Notes under the pieces: generated by a model
What the model saw: the letters and a program-made list of their open reading frames with translations, nothing else
The model's database searches: none
What the model was told of the DNA's origin: nothing
Translations under genes and position numbers: made by a program
Assembly: GCA_963668625.2 (NCBI GenBank)
Contig: CAXXKA010000001.1
Coordinates: forward strand, 128,001 to 192,000
DNA: 64,000 nt
Direction: 5' to 3'
From: an uncultured candidate division Zixibacteria bacterium
Lineage (GTDB): Bacteria; Zixibacteria; MSB-5A5; UBA10806; 4484-95
Shown: piece after piece, positions 58,795 through 64,000 of the stretch
Position numbering within the stretch: the first letter of the stretch is position 1
How the letters are laid out: each line of letters opens with the position of its first letter

Positions 58795-59710
58795 CTCATT
58801 ATGCTGGGGTGTGATTTTCATCGGAATCGGCGCCTTTTTCCTGGGGATAAACACCGGCTATCTCAGTCACTATGTCTGGCTGAAACTTATCTCACTATGG
58901 CCGGTAATTCTGATCGCGATAGGCATAGCTCTGGTTTTCGGCCGCACTAAAATGAAATACCTGGCGTTACTCGCGCCGCTTTTATTCGCTCTAACATTTA
59001 TCTATGTAGCCGTGGATGGCTGGGGAGCGCGCGGTTATTATAGCTACGACTACGATTACTCATCTAAATATTCGCGCGAGGTATACGAATATCAGGTCGA
59101 TTCCGATTCGGATGTTAAGGAACTTGATATCGAGATTGATTTCGGCATGGGCGAGATGTGGATAGGCCCGAGTAACAACGAATTATTCAGCGGCGATTTC
59201 GAGTATCGTACGAAAAGACCGCAGATCAAATACGCTGTCGATAACGGTGTTGGCGAGCTAAGAGTTAAATCGCGCGATTTGCAGAAATTGAACTTCTTCA
59301 AACGCCGTAATTTCAAGAATGATGCCCGGGTGTTTATCGCCGACTACCTGCCACTGGATCTCGACCTGGATATCGGGGCCGCCAGGGTGGAGCTTGATCT
59401 GGCAGATCACAAGCTGAGAACACTATATCTCGATACCGGTGCGGCTGATATCGATATCAAGCTGGGCGATAAATCCAAATCGCAGAAAATCGATATAGAC
59501 TCGGGCGCGTCCTCGATCAGTATCAGGGTGCCACGCGATATGGCGCTGGAGATCGATTCCGATATCGCCCTATCGGAAACTAACTTCAATTCGGCCGGTC
59601 TGGAAAAATATCATGGCAAGTTCCGATCCGATAATTTCGGAACGGCTTCCTGTACCGCCTATATCGAAATCGACTCGGGCGTATCCGAAATAAAAGTATA
59701 CTATTATTAA
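58784..59710 (+). CDS. LiaF/LiaG-like envelope stress protein (TM domain plus toast-rack beta-solenoid)
   Basis: LWPVILIAIG TM segment; repeated IDxGA strands. Confidence 0.7.
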   Translation: MKVSSLCWGVIFIGIGAFFLGINTGYLSHYVWLKLISLWPVILIAIGIALVFGRTKMKYLALLAPLLFALTFIYVAVDGWGARGYYSYDYDYSSKYSREVYEYQVDSDSDVKELDIEIDFGMGEMWIGPSNNELFSGDFEYRTKRPQIKYAVDNGVGELRVKSRDLQKLNFFKRRNFKNDARVFIADYLPLDLDLDIGAARVELDLADHKLRTLYLDTGAADIDIKLGDKSKSQKIDIDSGASSISIRVPRDMALEIDSDIALSETNFNSAGLEKYHGKFRSDNFGTASCTAYIEIDSGVSEIKVYYY

Positions 59711-59755
59711 TTTCCGCGTTGCTTGATATACGTTTTATGAACTAAATATATATTT

Positions 59756-60658
59756 ATGGTTGAATTCCCGATAAGCGGAGTGGAGACATACTGGTGGTTG
59801 CCGGCCTTGGTGGCTTTCATGATCTCTGCGTTCGCCTCCACCGGCGGGCTCTCCGGAGCATTTTTGCTTCTGCCGTTCCAGATGAGTATACTCGATTACA
59901 CCGCCATTTCAGTCAGCCCGACAAACCTGGTGTTTAACATAGTAGCCATACCCGGCGGCATATATCGGTTTATTCGCGAAAAACGTATGCTCTGGCCACT
60001 GGCTCTCATTATCATTATCGGCACGACTCCCGGTTTGATATTAGGAGCTTACTTACGTACTACCATATTCTCCGGGACCGAGGATTTCAAGCTTTTTGTC
60101 GGACTGATACTTCTGTACATTCTGATCAGGCTGATTTTCGAGATCATCAAAAAGAAAGATAGAACCGGGACTGAATTAAAAGATCAATCCGATTTTCGTG
60201 CTCATACTATTCGTTTTTCGCTATTGAAATACCAGTATGAGTTCGAAAAACGGGTTTACACGGTCTCGAATCTGCCCGTGTTCATTCTAGCCTCCGTGGT
60301 TGGTATAATCGGCGGAGCCTATGGCATAGGCGGTGGCGCGATAATCGCTCCATTTCTGGTGACAGTATTCGGTCTGCCGATTTACACCGTTGCCGGCCCG
60401 GCGCTTCTGAGTACGTTTTTCACCTCCATAGCCGGCATATTCGTCTACAGCCATTTACTGCCCGCTATTTATCCGGCTCAAGCGGCGGTGATACCCGATT
60501 GGTATCTGGGATTGTCGTTCGGTATAGGCGGGTTGGCGGGTATTTACCTCGGTGCGAGGTTACAGAGATATTTACCGGAGCGGTTGATCAAAACGATCAT
60601 GGCTACCGCTTTATCCGTTGTGGTTATTAAATATGTTTTCAGCTATTTTATGGGCTAA
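59756..60658 (+). CDS. TauE/SafE (TSUP) family membrane protein
   Basis: GGLSGAFLLLP and duplicated GIGGGAIIAP; multiple TM segments. Confidence 0.85.
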   Translation: MVEFPISGVETYWWLPALVAFMISAFASTGGLSGAFLLLPFQMSILDYTAISVSPTNLVFNIVAIPGGIYRFIREKRMLWPLALIIIIGTTPGLILGAYLRTTIFSGTEDFKLFVGLILLYILIRLIFEIIKKKDRTGTELKDQSDFRAHTIRFSLLKYQYEFEKRVYTVSNLPVFILASVVGIIGGAYGIGGGAIIAPFLVTVFGLPIYTVAGPALLSTFFTSIAGIFVYSHLLPAIYPAQAAVIPDWYLGLSFGIGGLAGIYLGARLQRYLPERLIKTIMATALSVVVIKYVFSYFMG

Positions 60659-60711
60659 TTTGCTACGTGTTTTCTGTTGACTTGAACGCCCTGCCCCGAT
60701 ATCATTAAACC

Positions 60712-61140
60712 ATGTCCGAGAAAATATTACAATCCCGTAACTGCTTCGTTTGCGGAAGCGAAAATACGCGTGGCCTGATGGTGCCGTTTAACTTTCATGG
60801 CGATCTGGTAACCGCCGAGTTTACACCTTCCCGGTATCACTGTGGTTTCGATGGCGTCGTGCATGGCGGCATACTGTTCGCTCTGGCCGATGAGGCGATG
60901 ATGCATCTGATTCAAGGCAACGAAATTAAAGAGATCACCTCAGAGATTACCATAAGGATGGTCAATTTCGCCAGGGCCGATAGCAGGGTGAATATTGCCG
61001 CCGACTCGCTGCAGGCGGGGAGGCATCTGGTAACCTGTAAAGCAGTCATAAGTAACGATGACGGGATCACGATCTGCAAGGCCACGGGCAAGTTTTTATA
61101 CTATACCGAGGATCAACCTTTTAAAAAGAGCGGTTTATGA
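60712..61140 (+). CDS. PaaI-family thioesterase
   Basis: CFVCGSEN..GL and GVVHGGILFALADE motifs. Confidence 0.88.
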   Translation: MSEKILQSRNCFVCGSENTRGLMVPFNFHGDLVTAEFTPSRYHCGFDGVVHGGILFALADEAMMHLIQGNEIKEITSEITIRMVNFARADSRVNIAADSLQAGRHLVTCKAVISNDDGITICKATGKFLYYTEDQPFKKSGL

Positions 61141-61892
61141 AAAAGATAACGATTTTATTGATAGCCGTAACGCTGCTGATATCATGTTCGGATGGCAACA
61201 AAACCGGTTATGATCGCCTTAAAGCTACCGGTGTTTTGCTTATCGGCACCGATGCCACCTACCCGCCATTCGAGTACAATGATGATAAAACCGGTGAACT
61301 GGTCGGTTTCGATATCGATCTGATGAAAGCCATCTGCAAGGAGTTGAAAGCCGAGCCGGAATTCATCGTAGTTCCGTTCGGGGGAATCATACCCGGACTT
61401 CGCAGCGCCAAATACGATTGCATCATCTCGGCAATGACAATCACCGCCGAACGCAAACAGGCGGTGAGTTTCACTATACCCTACTATGATGCCGGCCAGA
61501 CTATTTCGGTACCGCTGGATAACCTTACTATCAAGGGTATCGAGGATCTCGAGGGTTTGCGGATAGGCGTACAGCTTGGCACGACCGGCGAGTTGATGGC
61601 AAAAACCATAGAGGATGCCGAGGTGATCAGTTTCAACAATATCGGCGCAGCTTTCATCGATATGGAAAACGGCCGTCTCGATGCGGTTTTAAATGATGCT
61701 CCCACATCGCGGCGGGCTATTAAAGTTAGAGGTAATGCCAAAATCGTCGGCCCGCTGTTGTCATCAGAGCAATACGGAATAGCGGTTGCTCAATCCGAAA
61801 ACAAATTGCTGGGTGAAATAAACAAGGCTCTTCAAAAGCAGATGATAGAGGGTGTCGTGGATTCGTTAAAGGCCTACTGGATCGGGGAATGA
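61137..61892 (+). CDS. Polar amino-acid ABC transporter substrate-binding lipoprotein
   Basis: Lipobox LISC; DATYPPFE, GFDIDL and TITAER motifs. Confidence 0.92.
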   Translation: MKKITILLIAVTLLISCSDGNKTGYDRLKATGVLLIGTDATYPPFEYNDDKTGELVGFDIDLMKAICKELKAEPEFIVVPFGGIIPGLRSAKYDCIISAMTITAERKQAVSFTIPYYDAGQTISVPLDNLTIKGIEDLEGLRIGVQLGTTGELMAKTIEDAEVISFNNIGAAFIDMENGRLDAVLNDAPTSRRAIKVRGNAKIVGPLLSSEQYGIAVAQSENKLLGEINKALQKQMIEGVVDSLKAYWIGE

Positions 61893-62572
61893 TCTTGGAT
61901 TTTATTTTAGAGCAAGCCCGACTGTTTTACGGTATATTCAAATTCCTCGTCCCAGCGATTCCAGCCACTCTGAAAATCACTTTCCTGAGTTTCTGTTTCG
62001 CCTCGGTACTGGGGCTTTTGACGGCTTTCTCGAGATTAAGCAAGTCGCCGCTACTCAGGTATCCGGCCAAAATCTATATCGATATCGTTCGCGGTGTGCC
62101 GCTTTTAGTTCAGATATTTTTCATCTATTTCGGGTTGGGGAAAATCATCAGCCTCGATCGTTTCGTCGCCGGGGTGGTGGCGATAAGTTTCTGCTATGCC
62201 GCCTATCTGGCGGAGGTGTTCCGAGCCGGTATTCAGGCTATCCCGAAAGGGCAGACCGAAGCGGCGCTCTCACTGGGGATGACAAAGTTTCAGCTCTGGC
62301 GATATATAATCGTGCCGCAGACAATCAGGCTGATAGCTCCGCCGCTGGTTAATGACTTTATCAGTTGCTTAAAAGACAGCTCGCTGGTTTCGATTATCGG
62401 CCTTCGCGAGCTGACCCGCGCCGGCACCGAGTATTACTCGCAGCATTTCGTCGATTTTCAAACCTGGCTATTAGTCGGCTTAATATACCTGGCTATTACG
62501 GTGAGCCTGACCAGATTCTCCTCATACCTGGAACGTAAATACCGCATACCCGGCCTGGGGATACATCACTGA
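61889..62572 (+). CDS. Polar amino-acid ABC transporter permease
   Basis: [28 protein letters not shown] and KDSSL motifs. Confidence 0.92.
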   Translation: MILDFILEQARLFYGIFKFLVPAIPATLKITFLSFCFASVLGLLTAFSRLSKSPLLRYPAKIYIDIVRGVPLLVQIFFIYFGLGKIISLDRFVAGVVAISFCYAAYLAEVFRAGIQAIPKGQTEAALSLGMTKFQLWRYIIVPQTIRLIAPPLVNDFISCLKDSSLVSIIGLRELTRAGTEYYSQHFVDFQTWLLVGLIYLAITVSLTRFSSYLERKYRIPGLGIHH

Positions 62573-63303
62573 TGGCCATTATAAATGCATCGCAAGTCAG
62601 TAAATCGTTCAAAGAGAACAAGGCGCTGAACAATGTCTCGTTCGAGATCGAGCCAAGCGAGGTAGTTGTCATTATCGGGCCGTCAGGTTCGGGCAAGTCC
62701 ACGCTTCTAAGGACACTTAACGGACTGGAGTTGATCGATTCGGGAGAGATCACGATTGATGATATTACATTGGATAGCTCCGGTAAGAACGCTCATGAGG
62801 CCCGCTTGAAAATCGGCATGGTGTTCCAGCAGTTCGAACTTTTCGTTCATCTGAAGGTATTGCAGAACTTAATCATCGCGCCGGTAGTTGTAAGCAAGCT
62901 GGAGAAAGCCGAAGCCGAGAAAATCGCCCGGTACTATCTCAAGAAAGTCGGCCTGGAGCATAAATGCGATTCGTATCCCAACGAACTTTCCGGCGGTGAA
63001 AAACAGAGGGCGGCAATCGCCAGGGCATTGTGTATGAAACCCGAAATTATGCTTTTCGATGAGCCGACCTCGGCGCTCGATCCGGAGATGATAGGCGAGG
63101 TTCTGGCAGTGATGCGTCAACTGGCGAACGAGGGAATGACCATGATAACGGTGACTCACGAAATAGGATTCGCCCGTGAGGTTTCCGACAGGATAATATT
63201 CATGGATAAAGGGCAAATAATAGAGCAGGGGCCGACAGGTGAGTTACTCGATAAAGCTAAACATCCCAGAACAACCGAGTTTTTAAGCAGGGTATTAAAA
63301 TGA
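62572..63303 (+). CDS. Polar amino-acid ABC transporter ATP-binding protein (GlnQ-like)
   Basis: [28 protein letters not shown] and VTHEIGFA motifs. Confidence 0.93.
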   Translation: MAIINASQVSKSFKENKALNNVSFEIEPSEVVVIIGPSGSGKSTLLRTLNGLELIDSGEITIDDITLDSSGKNAHEARLKIGMVFQQFELFVHLKVLQNLIIAPVVVSKLEKAEAEKIARYYLKKVGLEHKCDSYPNELSGGEKQRAAIARALCMKPEIMLFDEPTSALDPEMIGEVLAVMRQLANEGMTMITVTHEIGFAREVSDRIIFMDKGQIIEQGPTGELLDKAKHPRTTEFLSRVLK

Positions 63304-64000
63304 AAAAAGCGATTACGATAATAATTTTGATATTAATTAACATAGCATCAGCCTCGGATTATTTTCAACAGCAGGTCGACTACCGTATCTCGGCCCAACT
63401 CGTCCCCGGCGAAAATATGGTAAAAGGTACCGAGGAGATAGTCTATCATAATAACTCGCGCTCGAAACTCGATACCTTGTATTTTCATTTGTATCTGAAC
63501 GCATTCAAGCCCGGTTCCAATTTCGATACCGAGCTCGACCGTCGTGGCTCTCATCGAATGGCCGACTTTTCGGCTTTCATGCATGGCGGTATGATTATTA
63601 ACCGGATAATGATTAACGATCATGAACCGGATGGATTCATTATCGATGACACGATATTAAAACTGCCGCTTGCCGGTTCGCTTTTGCCGGGTGATTCGCT
63701 GTTATTATATTTCGATTTCGAATCGATCATTCCTGCGCGTGGTTATCGTCTGGGCAGGCGCGGCTCTCATTTCGATGTCGGCCAGTGGTACCCCAAAGCG
63801 GCGGTCTACGATAACTACGGCTGGCATATCAACCAGTTCCAGAGTATGAGCGAGCAATATTCCGATTTCGGCAATTATGATATAAGAGTAACCGCGCCTG
63901 AAAATTATATATTGGCTCATACGGGCAGCCATCTTAATGAAACCGAAGTTTTTGGCGGTATGCTTAAAACCCCGAAAGAGGGCCGGGTGATTTACGATCT
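63300..64000 (+). CDS. M1-family metallopeptidase-like secreted protein, N-terminal part truncated by the window
   Basis: Signal peptide then [10 protein letters not shown]...[18 protein letters not shown]...QWYPK; the catalytic HEXXH would lie beyond the window. Confidence 0.75.
   Translation, partial: MKKAITIIILILINIASASDYFQQQVDYRISAQLVPGENMVKGTEEIVYHNNSRSKLDTLYFHLYLNAFKPGSNFDTELDRRGSHRMADFSAFMHGGMIINRIMINDHEPDGFIIDDTILKLPLAGSLLPGDSLLLYFDFESIIPARGYRLGRRGSHFDVGQWYPKAAVYDNYGWHINQFQSMSEQYSDFGNYDIRVTAPENYILAHTGSHLNETEVFGGMLKTPKEGRVIYD

Noticed and set aside
1-64000. tRNA-Sec (selC), other tRNA or rRNA genes
   Set aside because: No cloverleaf or rRNA signature seen by eye in the intergenic regions; a covariance search would be needed to exclude them fully.

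Overview
A 64-kb bacterial chromosomal window from what is probably an anaerobic diderm of the FCB superphylum. The dockerin-like C-terminal domains, T9SS-type sorting domains and PorV-like genes resemble candidate division Zixibacteria; this placement is inference. Housekeeping content: a yggS-divIVA-punA-ileS-dksA-lspA-rluD operon, NfnAB transhydrogenase, HtrA, a selD(UGA/Sec + SECIS)-selA-selB operon, RNase R, a sigma-54 activator, dGTPase, a squalene-synthase-like enzyme, holA, an ECF sigma/anti-sigma pair, pcm, PspC/Lia-like genes and a polar amino-acid ABC transporter. It also carries secreted peptidases and a pgsBCW poly-gamma-glutamate operon followed by two unknown envelope genes. The strongest signal is an IS110-family element inserted in a Shine-Dalgarno site. 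Its left non-coding end folds by eye into a two-loop bridge-RNA-like structure whose loops contain the target (AAAGGAGAT) and donor (ATAGGAG/ACCAT) sequences. Its circle junction would create a sigma-70 promoter, and its right end rebuilds the host RBS. Also present: a two-copy MITE-like family with covarying hairpins, GATC-centred REP-like palindromes, a decayed T9SS-cargo remnant and a candidate structured ncRNA. No tRNA, rRNA or CRISPR array was seen. All calls come from motif recognition and manual base-pairing, without database searches.
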